A DNA stretch of 64,000 nucleotides from Eledone cirrhosa (taxonomy: Eukaryota), in assembly GCA_964016885.1 (NCBI GenBank), contig OZ024748.1, positions 60,326,001 to 60,390,000 on the forward strand. Direction: 5' to 3'. Under the pieces are notes generated by a model that saw only the letters and a program-made list of their open reading frames with translations, did not search any database and was not told the DNA's origin. The translations under genes and the position numbers were made by a program. How positions within the stretch are numbered: position 1 is the stretch's first letter; every line of letters starts with the position of its first letter. This document shows positions 44,711 through 59,849 of the stretch, piece by piece.

Positions 44711-45238
44711 GCTTTAAAGATTAATTTGAAACATTTTATCAGTTGTTCGCTCAATTGCTAGTTCAACTCGTTAATTAAAATAGACGTTAAATGGCTCAAT
44801 ATACAACAGGGCCTTATCATTGCGGAGAGAACGTCTTAACCACACAACAATGCCTGTCAACAGTAATGGACTTCCGTCTGTTTCGACGATGTGTGTTCTA
44901 GGTTAATTGCCCAAGGAGGAGGCGATTTAACAAAGTCGTTAGAACGTCGGATATGATGCCTTGCGGTATTTATTCCGGTTCTCTACGCCCTGAGTTCAAA
45001 TCCCGCCTGTCATCTTGTTCTTTCATCCTTTTGGGGTCGTTACAAAAAGGACCAGTTCACTACTGGGATAATTGTCTTCCTCTACAGATCTTACACCCTC
45101 TCTTTATCTTTCTCTCTCTATCACTATCTCGCTCTCCCTGCTTCTCTCTCCATCACTCTCCACTTCTCCTGAAGAAATCGGGTCTGTCCAAATTCTTTAT
45201 ATCACTACGGACTCACTAGTTCTCCACCAGCAGTTATA

Positions 45239-45656
<418 letters not shown>

Positions 45657-46478
45657 GTCAAGTATGAAATCTGTAGGAAAAAAAACATGACCATATGCCT
45701 CACTAAAAATGTCCTACTTGACGACCCAATGCATATATACATATAATATAGTTACATACAGACAGATATACATACATATATACATATATAGTTACTTACA
45801 TACATATACATACATATATACATGATTGCCCACGATTTCAAGGATCGTCTTCATTGCAGATAGAACTTCTTAACAACAAAGCTCTGCTTGCATTCCTAAG
45901 TCATCTCTAACATTGAGCCCTGCTCGTCTATAGATTTTAACACAAGGAAAATAAGCAACAACAGAAGCAACAAAAGCATATAATAGATAAAACAAATGAT
46001 TTCATGAAAGATGAAACTAAGCCGATGTTTTCTCGTCATTCATTTTACTGGTGTCATAATTTAATTTACTTGCGGCTAAATACAATATGTAGCAATATAT
46101 ACAATATATATTGAAGGCAAAGAAGTGACTATTTGATGAGTTTAGGTGAATGAACTTTGTGTTATTATATAAAATGAAGTAGTCATTTGATAGAAAACGG
46201 ACTAATTATGATGGTTGACAACCTAATTTGTTAGACCAAGTAGAAAATATTTCATACAGAAAGGACGAGATATGACAGAATGATACAATGACGGAATGAG
46301 ATTTTGGTGAGGTTTATGGACATATATTATTATATTATATGTCTTATTACTGGCATAGTGTAGAGATTGGTGAAGGGAATTCAATTGAAGTGTATATACA
46401 AACGACATGTACATATGCACACACACACATTCATACATACACACGTAAGTGTATATATATATATATATATATATATAT

Positions 46479-46615
46479 TTTTCACCGTATTTTTGACTAA
46501 AGGAATTTTAGCCTGATAATTAGCATTATCAGGCTAAAATTCCTTTAGTCAAAAATACGGTGAAAGCTATTCTATTTTTTAATTTCAAACCTGCTCACTG
46601 TTTCAAAACATACTT
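46479..46615 (+). repeat. Hairpin (about 42-bp arms), same family as 57495-57738
   Basis: tttcaccgtatttttgactaaaggaattttagcctgataat followed by its reverse complement. Confidence 0.85.
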
Positions 46616-47077
46616 ACTTGCCATATATTCAAAACATACTTGCTATAAATTATGTCCTTAGAATCATTTGATAAGATATATACTCAATTTCCTCTCCCAA
46701 TTAGCATAATCAACCACACAAAAACCAATTAAAACAGGCTATAAGATTAAAAGGCACCTGTGAAGAAATAATAGATAAATAAACGATAGCCATTTATTCG
46801 CGATCAACAGCCATAGAATATTTACCCATCATTTCAATAGCACGTGGAAATCGATTAAATATATCGTCAACCATACACAGTTAGGTATAATATTAAAGTT
46901 AGAAGAAAAAATGCATATACACATACCAGCATTACGTTTCTACCCTTAGGGTTTCATTCGCTTTCGGAAATATCCTATCAAGGATAAATTCTCGAAGAAA
47001 AAATGCATATACACAAATTCTAGAAGAAAATTCTAGAAGAAAATTTTAGAAGAAAAAATGCATATACACATACCAGG

Positions 47078-47116
<39 letters not shown>

Positions 47117-47212
47117 CGAGGCAAAGAGTGTATTGAAAGAGAAGACATGATCAGAAAAAGAATCCATAGTCGCTTGTCGTAAATAGATATATATAAACTT
47201 ATATATATAGTT

Positions 47213-47396
47213 GTCTCTACTTTAGGCACAAGGCCACCAATTACCCAGTGCATTACTGGTACTTTATTTTATCGATCCCATAAGGATGAAAGGCAAAGTG
47301 AACCTCGGCGGGATTTGAACTCAGATCGTAAAGGGACGTAACTATGCTGGAAAGCAAGGCGTCCGACCCTCTACTGATACTGCCAATCCACCGCCC
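47213..47396 (-). mobile_element. tRNA-SINE family 2, near full length
   Basis: ggcggtggattggcag head and B box gagttcaaatccc. Body as at 13633-13730. Confidence 0.85.
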
Positions 47397-47513
47397 TATA
47401 ATTAAATAAATATGGTTTTATAAATATAGTTTCCATTTGTTAATATATCGTATTATATATATATATAATACGATATATTAACAAATGGAAATTATATTTA
47501 TAAAACCATATTT

Positions 47514-47576
47514 ATTTCATTATACATATTTCAAGGACACCAAGTTAAATTATGGTGTGCTTTCATCAGATAAAAT
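47514..47576 (-). ncRNA. Minimal type I hammerhead
   Basis: attttat CTGATGA aagcacacca taatttaact tggtgtcctt GAAA t atgt aT A atgaaat aaa. 7-bp stem I and 10-bp stem II with one mismatch. Confidence 0.85.
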
Positions 47577-47735
47577 ATAATATAGATCAGTTTTATAAAT
47601 AAATATTGACATACCCTTAAATAATGCGACCATTTCTGTTGGAAGCTCCCAGATAGTCCAATAATTTGTTGAGTGCTTTATATCAGTTATAAAAATATTT
47701 GCTTGTTGTATCCAAACAATTTAAATAGAACTTCT

Positions 47736-47773
<38 letters not shown>

Positions 47774-47963
47774 GTCCGCGTCTCAGTTGTCGAATGAGAC
47801 AAGTTAAGAATAATTTTGAATATAACAACTTTAATCTCCTCTCATATATCTGATCGATATATTTTCAACACATTGTGACAGTTTCACTGTCTACGCTTAC
47901 GTCAGTGGTATTGATGTGAAAGATACAATTCTTCTTCTTCTTCTTCTTCTTCTTCTTCTTCTT

Positions 47964-48201
47964 CTTTGAGTCTCAGTCATTGATGTTAGTTAACTGGAAA
48001 GTTTGTTGAAATGAATATCAAGCCACTACCTGCAGCCTCAGATACTCAGGACGTATCGGAAGGTTCTTGCTGTACCCAGCAAGCATGCCTTTTGAAGTGT
48101 TCCAAAAAGCGGGGCGGGGCCAATTTTCTTTAACCATCCCTGGAAACTCTTTGAGATAGTACCTAGTGCGCCTATGACAATCGGGACCCCTTTGACTTCA
48201 T
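47964..48201 (-). mobile_element. 3' fragment of R4/Dong family A with an (AAG)n tail
   Basis: Matches about 26394-26631. (TTC)n at 47928-47963. Confidence 0.9.
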
Positions 48202-48336
48202 ATTATTATTCGCCGAGGTTAACTTTGCCTTTCATCCTTACGGTGTCGATAAAATAAAGTACCAGTAATACACTGGGTAATTGCTGGCCTTGTGCCAAAA
48301 GTAGAAACAATTATTATTATTATTATTATTATTATT

Positions 48337-51300
48337 GAATGCTATGGTTGACGGAGGCTCGGCTCTGTAAGGTATTGTAAATTTTGAACGCTATAACAAT
48401 TGTAAATTGTTTAAAACTTTAACGAACTTGTAGACAAAAACACCCTCCTCCTCGTGAGAGGGGTCTTTCTGCCCGTTATTTGGCCCTTCGGGGTTAAATA
48501 ACTGCTTATTGGGGTTTTGTGCCCAATATTTATTTTAAACAAAAAAAACAACATGGCTACGGAAAAAAATTTTCATAGGTCACTCCCACTCATTCCGTCT
48601 TCTTCTTCCTCAATCATCACTACAGCAGAGAGAAGATTGTCTCTCTCCCTCCCTTCTTTAAATGTGTCTCTCTCCCTCCCTTCTCTTTCGCAAGCGACGA
48701 CAGAAAAGAAAAGTCTCGTGCAAAGCGTGCAAGATTTCTCCACGACGACGACGACAACGACGAAACAAGTGTGCGGGAAATACGAAAACCCATTTCATTC
48801 GTCTGACGTCAGGAATAATAGCAGTAGCAGCCGTAATAACAACAGCAACAGTGACAATGAAAACAACAGTAGCAGCCGCAACAGCATCACCAGCAGCATA
48901 AACAACAACAGCATTAGCAGCAGCAACACCAACAACAACCACAGCAACAGCGGCGGAGGCAGTAGTCGTAGTACCTGCAGCAACAACAAAAGTAACAGCA
49001 GCTCTGACGACAACAACAACAGCAGCAGCAAAGAAAAACCAATCTCATTTGCAGGTGTTGCGAAAAACCTGGAAACAATCCTCATAACAAATGAGGAATT
49101 AGAGGAAGCGAAGAAGATGGTGACAAAGACTGGATACCGAGCAAACTGCAAGGCAGCGGAAACATTTTTCGAAACCCAACAGCACTGTACGGTCACGTAC
49201 CGTACAGTAAGTACAAAATCCCGTAGGGTTGAAAGAGCCACAGAGGCTCAAATACAAAAAGCCTTGGGGTCTGTGTGGCAGCGGAAAACGCACATCACCC
49301 GAGGGAAAAAAATATGCCACCGTAGACGTACTTTTTGCCACACCCCAGGAGGCAAAGGCTCAATCCGTAGTGACCCTAAGGAGCGAGGAAATGGTGTTGG
49401 TGCCCTCCTACTGCGAGCAAAAAATTGTGACCACGACGGGCGCATGCTACTCGATCCCGGGAAAATGTATGAAGCTTTTCAGCGACACTTCGCTCAGCTG
49501 TTCGGGGGCAGCGGTGGGCCGGGTCGAGGGATGGACTTTAGTGTCTACCTCGACGGACTGCCGCGGCTCTCGGCCACTGAGGTGAAGTGTTGCGAAAAGC
49601 CGATAACAGCCGCTGAAGTAAGGGAGGCAATGACTGGCTGCACAAGGGGTAAATCGCCTGGTTTGGATGGTCTGCCCTATGAACTTTACGTACAGATGCC
49701 AGACTTGTTCGGAGGCCTCTTGGCGGACGTCTACTGCAACTGGCAACAGAACGGGAGAATTCCCAGTTCTGTGAGCCGAGGAGCGGTGGCACTGCTGAGA
49801 AAGGATCCGAACAAGGGGGATAACATAGATCATTTCCGGCCCATAACTCTGCTAAACACAGAGTTCAAGATTTTGGCCAAGGTGCTAGCAAAGAGGTTGG
49901 CGCTTGTCGTTGGTGGTCTGGTGGGAGAGGCGCAGACATGCGCCATTCCCGACAGATCCATCCACGACAACCTCCACCTCATGCGATACATCGTAGAGAG
50001 GGTAGCTAGGGAACCTGGCACGGGTGGGTCCTTGATCAATTTAGATCAGTCGAAAGCTTTCGATAGGGTCGACCATCGTTACCTAGCGGCAGTCCTGAGG
50101 GCGGCTGGCTTTGGACCCGTCTTCAGAGGCTGGATCGCTGCCATGCACAGCGACATCTGCTCTGTGGTGAGAGTGAACGGTCACCTGTCGGAACCGTTTA
50201 ACATCATGCGCTCGGTCCTCCAAGGATGTCCCCTCTCGTCCCTCTTGTACGTATTGACTCTCGAGCCATTACTGCACAAACTGGAGACGTTGAGGGGCGT
50301 CCCGCGCGAACTAGGATGCGGAAGATCCGTGTCAGCATATGCGGACGATGTCACCGTAGTGGTGTCGAACGCCAAACACATCGAGGCGATCGGCACTACA
50401 CTAAGAGAATACGAAGCGGTGACAAGAGCAATGATCAACCAGGAAAAGTCAGTGGGCCTGCAGCTCGGCACCTGGAGAGGCAGGTCCATGCCGTCCAACA
50501 ACGTCGTCGGACGCTGGACGGACGGACCGGTTAAATTGCTAGGGGTCTGGTTCGGTCCGGACCTCCAGACGGACAAAAACTGGGACGAGGTGACGAGCAG
50601 GGTGGCTTCTCTCACCCAGAAATGGGCGGAGAGGAAGCTATCCCTGAAAGGTCGAGCGGAGGTGGCTAACGCGTACATCGCGTCTGTCATCTGCTACCGC
50701 CTGACCGTCGTACCTTGTCCTAAGCCTCGCCTGACTGCGCTGGAGCGTTTGCTCTTTCGCTTTTTGTGGAAGGGACGCGCTCCGATGGTCAGGCGGTCCA
50801 TCTGTTGTCAACACCCGCTACGTGGAGGGCTGGGCATGCCGTGGCTGATGATGCGCAGGCACGCGCTCAGGCTACGACATCTCCACCTCTTCCTCGACGG
50901 TGATCAGGTGTGGTCGCCGTTTGCTAGACACGTATTTCCCCAGCTCGTTTCCTTGACGGAGCTGCAGTCCTGGGTCAAGCGAAGACCGAGAGGGAGCGCC
51001 TGGAGACTGGAATGTCTTCAGGTGCTCACAGCCCTCGACCAATCGGGCAATGTGATCGGTGGAAACTCCACCTCGGCGTTCTATAAAGGATTAGTGGAGG
51101 GGAAGAGCGACGACGTACTTGGGGAAACTCTAGGCGTCGACGAAAATCAACTAGCCAATCTCTTCGGAAGAACTTTCGGGCCAGGGCTTATGGACAACTT
51201 CCAGAAATCTCTGGCCTGGCAGTGCTACCGAGGAGCCTTGCCAGTTCGGGATAAACTCTACAGGCATGGAGGTGCCGTCAGCCGGGCATGTCCGAGATGC

Positions 51301-51952
51301 GCGCAGGGCGACGAAACCGTCCTGCACGCACTCGTCCAGTGTCCGAAAATTGCTGACTTGTGGGTTTATGTCGAACACCTGCTGTCGCGTTTAGGACGGA
51401 TCCGGCTATCATCTGAGTCCATCGTGAGGATTGCCCCGCCCTCCTCCTTTAGCCGGGAAGGGCAGGCAGTTTTTATCTGTCTGGTGGCCATGGCGAAAGA
51501 GATAGTATGGTGGACACGTTTGAAAGGGCTGAAGACGAGCACTTACCTCTTCGGTGATGCTCTGATTGACTTTTTCAAATTTCATTTGAAAAGGAAAATC
51601 AGAGTAGAGAGGGAAGTGCTCTCTTCCCAGCATTTTGTTGAAAGATGGGTGAGAGAAGCAAGAATGGCCCGAGTGAATGGGCCTACTCTGAGTATATATC
51701 TGTAAATTAAGGGTGGAAAACTGGGAGAAGGCACTTGCCTTGGTGGTCAGGGTCATTGTGGCCTTTTACTGGGCTTTCTCCACAAATGTCCCTCCGAAGT
51801 CTCCCCCTATTGGGGAATTTTTCATTGTTATTTTTTGTTACATCCTCTGTTTTTGTTTTTTACACGCAGAAATGCCCATTTGTACCGTCCTGTATTGTCC
51901 TGCACTGTCCTTAATGTCTACTTTATGTAAACCCTTGTGGTTAATAAAGAAA

Positions 51953-51954
<2 letters not shown>
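48337..51954 (+). mobile_element. Tx1-clade L1-like LINE: 5' end apparently intact, endonuclease deleted, inserted in (TTA)n
   Basis: (TTA)n at 48310-48336 and 51955-52028. AATAAA lies just before the tail. Confidence 0.88.
48553..51705 (+). CDS. Tx1 ORF1 N-terminus fused to ORF2 RT and a C-terminal Cys/His domain
   Basis: KSPGLDGLPYELY, FRPITLLNTEFKILAK, LDQSKAFDRVDH, QGCPLS, YADD and CPRC..ETVLHALVQC. No APE motifs. Junction near 49425. Confidence 0.8.
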   Translation: MATEKNFHRSLPLIPSSSSSIITTAERRLSLSLPSLNVSLSLPSLSQATTEKKSLVQSVQDFSTTTTTTTKQVCGKYENPFHSSDVRNNSSSSRNNNSNSDNENNSSSRNSITSSINNNSISSSNTNNNHSNSGGGSSRSTCSNNKSNSSSDDNNNSSSKEKPISFAGVAKNLETILITNEELEEAKKMVTKTGYRANCKAAETFFETQQHCTVTYRTVSTKSRRVERATEAQIQKALGSVWQRKTHITRGKKICHRRRTFCHTPGGKGSIRSDPKERGNGVGALLLRAKNCDHDGRMLLDPGKMYEAFQRHFAQLFGGSGGPGRGMDFSVYLDGLPRLSATEVKCCEKPITAAEVREAMTGCTRGKSPGLDGLPYELYVQMPDLFGGLLADVYCNWQQNGRIPSSVSRGAVALLRKDPNKGDNIDHFRPITLLNTEFKILAKVLAKRLALVVGGLVGEAQTCAIPDRSIHDNLHLMRYIVERVAREPGTGGSLINLDQSKAFDRVDHRYLAAVLRAAGFGPVFRGWIAAMHSDICSVVRVNGHLSEPFNIMRSVLQGCPLSSLLYVLTLEPLLHKLETLRGVPRELGCGRSVSAYADDVTVVVSNAKHIEAIGTTLREYEAVTRAMINQEKSVGLQLGTWRGRSMPSNNVVGRWTDGPVKLLGVWFGPDLQTDKNWDEVTSRVASLTQKWAERKLSLKGRAEVANAYIASVICYRLTVVPCPKPRLTALERLLFRFLWKGRAPMVRRSICCQHPLRGGLGMPWLMMRRHALRLRHLHLFLDGDQVWSPFARHVFPQLVSLTELQSWVKRRPRGSAWRLECLQVLTALDQSGNVIGGNSTSAFYKGLVEGKSDDVLGETLGVDENQLANLFGRTFGPGLMDNFQKSLAWQCYRGALPVRDKLYRHGGAVSRACPRCAQGDETVLHALVQCPKIADLWVYVEHLLSRLGRIRLSSESIVRIAPPSSFSREGQAVFICLVAMAKEIVWWTRLKGLKTSTYLFGDALIDFFKFHLKRKIRVEREVLSSQHFVERWVREARMARVNGPTLSIYL

Positions 51955-52029
<75 letters not shown>

Positions 52030-52379
52030 GGCGACCTACGTAGTAAATCGTATTATCGTGAGCTCCGTAGAGGTTTGTTATTTTCAGTTGTTTAAAATTG
52101 CCATTTATGGAAAATGTTATTGTTAACTGTATATAAGTGCACATACATTGATATCTGAAAAGGACACTAAAAAATATTGGGGCCTTGAGCCCAAAATTTA
52201 AACTTTTTATAATTATCAAACAAAACTTTATCTTTGAAAAATCATGGATGACTCAGAGTCACTCCTTCCTCACAATCTAACACCTCACACCGACACCACC
52301 ATTGTAAATATTGCTACGTTTGCCAACACTGGAAATGTAAGCAGTAGCAATATTTTAAATTTGTCTGTGACACACTGAT

Positions 52380-54560
52380 AGTACATATGAAGCAACTAAA
52401 GACAGTAATATGTGTCCATATCGGCCGCACGATGCCCCCAGTCATGAGGGTAAATTTGAGCATAGCCTCAGTAGGATAGAAGAGGTCCTTGACATACAGG
52501 ACCAGGGTCTCAACATTCTACTGCTGGGAGACTTCAACCTGCCAAAGGTCAAATGGCCTGAGGGCCACCTGCTCCCTAGAATGAAGTCAATAGAACAGAG
52601 ACAGACGGAATCCCTGCTGGCCCTCACACACAAGCTATTCATGGAACAAGCAGTACTCCTCCCAACAAGAGGCGAAAATATCCCGGACCTCTGTTTTACA
52701 AACAACGAAATACTCATCCACAATGTAAAGGTGACACCAACAATTTTCTCGGATCATAACTTAGTAGAACTAATGATATGTGGTCCGAGAGAACCAACAG
52801 AGACAAGGCTAACCTGAAAAAGATCAAGAAAGAAATCCGGAAGCAAATATTGACCGAAAACACCGCCACACAAGACACCAACACACAATTTCAACACTTC
52901 ATGACAACGATTCACACTATATGCAAAACTTTGTCCCGGAGAAAAAGGAAAACAGACACAAACATCCTATTCCCAGAGATAGGAAAATCCTTATGAGACG
53001 TAGAACCTAACTCTCAAACAAGTTGAATGCACAACAAGAAAACAAAAACAAGAAGGAATCCTATTTGAAACGTACACTACTTGACGCCGAGATTACATCA
53101 AACTTTCCCATGAAAATGAGAGGGCAAAGAAAGAAAACAGGGCCATAGAAAATAATAAAACAAACCCTAAGGCCTTCTTTAAATTTGCAAAAGAAACTGC
53201 CTCAGTACACTGCAAGATTGGGCCACTCTTCCATACAGACGGTTCATTAACCGAGAATCCCCAAGAGGTATGTGAAATACTGAACGAACAGTACAAAAGT
53301 GTGTTCACATGTCAACTGAGGCACATGCAAATAACAAAGCCAGAGGAGTTCTTTGATGTCACAACACTACATGAAGAAATGGTGACAATCAACCACATAG
53401 ACATAACGGAGGAGGATGAGGTATACGCCATAGATGAAATTAGAACAGACTCAGCTGCTGGACCTAACGGATTTCCAGCAGTCCTCTTAGAAACATGTAA
53501 GCGGGCCTTAACAACTCCACTGAAGCATGGATTCCACCCAGGAAGAAGCTGCCTTACACAGCTGCTACATCACTACGACTGGGTACTAACATCAATAACA
53601 AGTGGGGTGTCCCAAGGGAAGTCCTGGGACCATTACTGTTTTTGGTGGCTCTCTCAGACATGCCCTCTGTAGTACATACAACAACATCCCTCACTAGCTA
53701 TGCTGATGATACTAAGATAGCACAGGCAATCAAAAACCCGGCTGACACTGCACTTTTACAACATGATCTGGATGCCATATACAAATGGGCGGAAGAAAAC
53801 AACATGCAGTTTAATGCTGGCAAATTCCAAGCCCTACAATACAAACCTGCAAACAGAAATACAGTACAACACAGTTACGCAGGACCAGGAGGGACCGATG
53901 TCCCCGTGTCAAAATGGATACGAGACCTGGGTATAGACATCAGCGATGATGCATCTTTTTCCTCACACATCATGAAAGTGGCGACAATGTGCAGACGACT
54001 CGCTGGCTGGACCTTGAGGACTTTCCGGACAAGAGACCGAGACACCATGTTGACATATTGGAGGGTCAAACTAACCACGGAGCTTGAGGCAATCCAGCGA
54101 AGCTACACCAAGAGGATTGCCACGATGAAGTAGATAGGCTACTGGGAGAGGCTAAAAGAACTGAACCTCTACACCTTGGAACGAAGGCGGGAGAGATACG
54201 CAGTGATCTACATGTGGAAAATCCTGGAGGGACTAGCACCTGACTTTGGCATTGGGAGCAGGACCAACCGTCGAACCGGACGTCACTGTGTGGTGCCAAA
54301 GGTCCCGTCTTCCAAATCTAGAATAAGGAGCAAATATTGGAATAGCGTGGGATTAAATGGTTCTCAACTCTTCAACAAGCTGCCGAGGGATCTGAGAGAT
54401 CTGCATGGTGTGGAGTTGGATGTCTTCAAGAAACATCTCGACACCTTTCTATCCAGGATCCCGGATGAGCCCACAGGAAGGCACAAGGGAAACCCAAGGG
54501 CAGCAGCAACAAACTCCGTCTTACACCAGAGGCCAACCAATACAGGCTGGAGATAAAATG
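52380..54560 (+). mobile_element. Degraded CR1-like LINE ORF2
   Basis: APE motifs LLGDFNLP, PTRGENIPDLCFTN and SDHNLV; RT motifs HGFHPGRSCLTQLL and YADDTKI; LERRRERY. Many deletions. Confidence 0.85.
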
Positions 54561-54649
54561 TGTAGCAACAAGGGCGGAACAGGTAAAAGAGTAAAAGAGT
54601 AAAATATATATATATATATACATATATTTATATATACATATACATATAT

Positions 54650-54684
<35 letters not shown>

Positions 54685-54704
54685 TATATATATATATATA
54701 TAGA

Positions 54705-54770
<66 letters not shown>

Positions 54771-55003
54771 TATATCCAAAATTAAGATAATCAAAATTAT
54801 GGGTGTCATGCCAGAAAGACATGCGCCATATCACCCGCAAAATAAGCTCTAAGATTCTAACGAATAGGTCCGAGCATTTTATAATAACTAGAAATTGATT
54901 AACATATAAATAAACATGAATAATCACAGGAGATAATTTTTACAAGTGTGTAAGCACACATAGCTAGGTAGGTAACTAAATAAAGTTAACCAGAACTTCA
55001 AAA

Positions 55004-55072
<69 letters not shown>

Positions 55073-55078
55073 TGTGTA

Positions 55079-55119
<41 letters not shown>

Positions 55120-55448
55120 TCATATACAGAGAAAGATAGGGATAGAGAGCGAGAGAAAGGCAGCTAGACAGAGTGAGAGAGAGAAAGAGAGAATGAGAGA
55201 GATACATAGAGATAAAGAGAGAGAGAGCGAGAAAGAGAGAGGGGAGTTACTTTTATCAATATACAATCTTTATCGTCTCCTATCGTATTTTGACTCCTGT
55301 TAAATTTCAATAAATTAATATTTATTTGTCTGTATTGAAACATTTCAATTTATAATATTCTACACAGTGTTTCTATTGAAATAGAAACACAACGATATAT
55401 ACACAATATACAATAAACAAAACCAAAAATTAATATAACATTGTCGTT

Positions 55449-55578
55449 GTTACATCAAAATAAATATGTTTCCCTTATTGTCAGTGTTACATCAAAAGAA
55501 ACATGTCTTCCTTATTGTCAGTTTTACATCAAATCAAATATGTCGTCCTTATTGTTTTTATGACATCAAAACAAACTT
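55449..55578. repeat. About 37-bp tandem repeat, about 3.5 copies
   Basis: ttacatcaaaataaatatgtttcccttattgtcagtg units. Confidence 0.8.
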
Positions 55579-55850
55579 GTATCTCGTACCGGCAAGAAGG
55601 CGTTAAACATAATATGTATGCCTTAATAAATACTATATGTTTATAATATTAGTGTTAATAACTATAACATCAAAATGAATATATATATTATGACATGTCA
55701 TAAGAAAAGATTGATATGTCTGTTGTTATGATACGTACAACAGATAACTATTCATGTCATATTGTAAATACATCAGAACAATGATATACGTCTTGTTATT
55801 CTGAGATTATATACTCTTATATATATATATATATATATTCATATATATAT

Positions 55851-55893
<43 letters not shown>

Positions 55894-55961
55894 AAAAGAG
55901 TCAGGACCCCGCCAGCTGAGCGCCAGCCGTTTCGACAGCTAGATACAAACGCTTTCTTTGT

Positions 55962-56935
<974 letters not shown>

Positions 56936-57133
56936 ATATATATATATATGAATATATATATATGTATATATATACATATATATGTATATATATACATGTA
57001 TATATATGTATATATATACATATATATGTATATATATACATATATATATATATTCATATATATATACATATATATATATATATACATATATACATATATA
57101 TATATATTCATATATATATACATATATATATAT

Positions 57134-57211
<78 letters not shown>

Positions 57212-57264
57212 GAATATATATATATGTATATATATGTATATATATATATGTATATATATATATG

Positions 57265-57320
<56 letters not shown>

Positions 57321-57333
57321 TATATATATATAA

Positions 57334-58148
<815 letters not shown>

Positions 58149-58242
58149 TATATATATATATATAATTGGACACAATTAAAATTCGTCACGAATATACATA
58201 ACATCTAAATGAAAATATATCCTTCAGATATCTTATCCAGAG

Positions 58243-58338
<96 letters not shown>

Positions 58339-58432
58339 TTAGAGAGAACATCTTAAATACTTGTATAAAATCTGAATCAGCTTAAACGAGAAGAAGCTTT
58401 TATTTTTTCAACTCCGTTTCATTTCCTATTAT

Positions 58433-58500
<68 letters not shown>

Positions 58501-58967
58501 TGTGTTTGTGTATGTGTATGTGTTTTTGTATGTGTGTGTTTATGTACGATCTCGTCTCGTTATTACACCAAATATTTCTTAAAGACTTACCTTAGTCCTT
58601 TGTCAGCAATATAACAAATATATATATATATATATATGTAATATATATATACTAATGTTATAAAGTTAGGGGCCTAAAACATTTGCTTAAGTGGTGTTTC
58701 TTCTCTGAAGACCGACTGTCGAGCTCTCATAAAAGTTTCTTATCATTTGTCGTTATGGCAACACAGTAAATAGTTATGTCTTATTAATGTGTCTCACATT
58801 ATTATGACGTCATAGTAAATATTTACATCTCATCGTTTTAATGAAAATAACTCGTTGTAGAAAGTGTAGTGGCAGTGGCGGTGCTCCAGCATGGCCGCAG
58901 TCAGTCACCTGGAATAGCTAGAGAGTAAAAGAGAATATATATATATATATATTATATATAACAAATA

Positions 58968-59027
58968 GGGTGTGGTAAGGTACCAAGTTGATAATAACGC
59001 AACAGAGTACTCATTACTTACGGTAGC

Positions 59028-59060
<33 letters not shown>

Positions 59061-59245
59061 AGAGACATGATCCCGACGGCTAAGCTCCGGCCATTTCGAC
59101 AGCTAGATCCGAACAGTTCGGATCTAGCCGTCGAAACGGCCGGAGTTCAGCCGTCGGGCTCCTGACTATTTTCCTATTACACACTATACTACCCTAAGTA
59201 TCGAATACTCTAGTGCGTAATGGTCCATCTAGTTCTTTACCACTT
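58968..59245. mobile_element. Fold-back copy of the GAAACGGCT family
   Basis: Centre gatccgaac a gttcggatc at about 59117. The left arm is interrupted by (TA)n. Confidence 0.75.
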
Positions 59246-59260
59246 ATTATAGTAAGTGTA

Positions 59261-59372
<112 letters not shown>

Positions 59373-59376
59373 CGTG

Positions 59377-59420
<44 letters not shown>

Positions 59421-59849
59421 GTGTGAAGCGGTAACTTCGGCTTATGAGTGTTGTGAATATATGGTTATATATCAATTTTTACGAAATCAAATGCCAAAAC
59501 AGATTATAAATATAAATAAAACGTTGATACGTTTTAAAAATATTAATATGTTACAGAGACCTGTAATATGAATATGTCATTATCGATTATATATTGTTGA
59601 TCAATAATAAATATAGATATCACCAAACTATGAACAGTGAAACAAAAATCACTTTTAAAAATGTTCTCGAAAAAGCTGAACTCATGACAGTTTTCCGTTA
59701 AGATATAATGTTATATCATTAAACCTCTTATATAAGAGTAGATTATATAAGAATAGATTAAGCACATACATATATACACATACGCATACATACTACACAC
59801 ATAGATACATACATACATACATACATACATACATACATACATACATACA

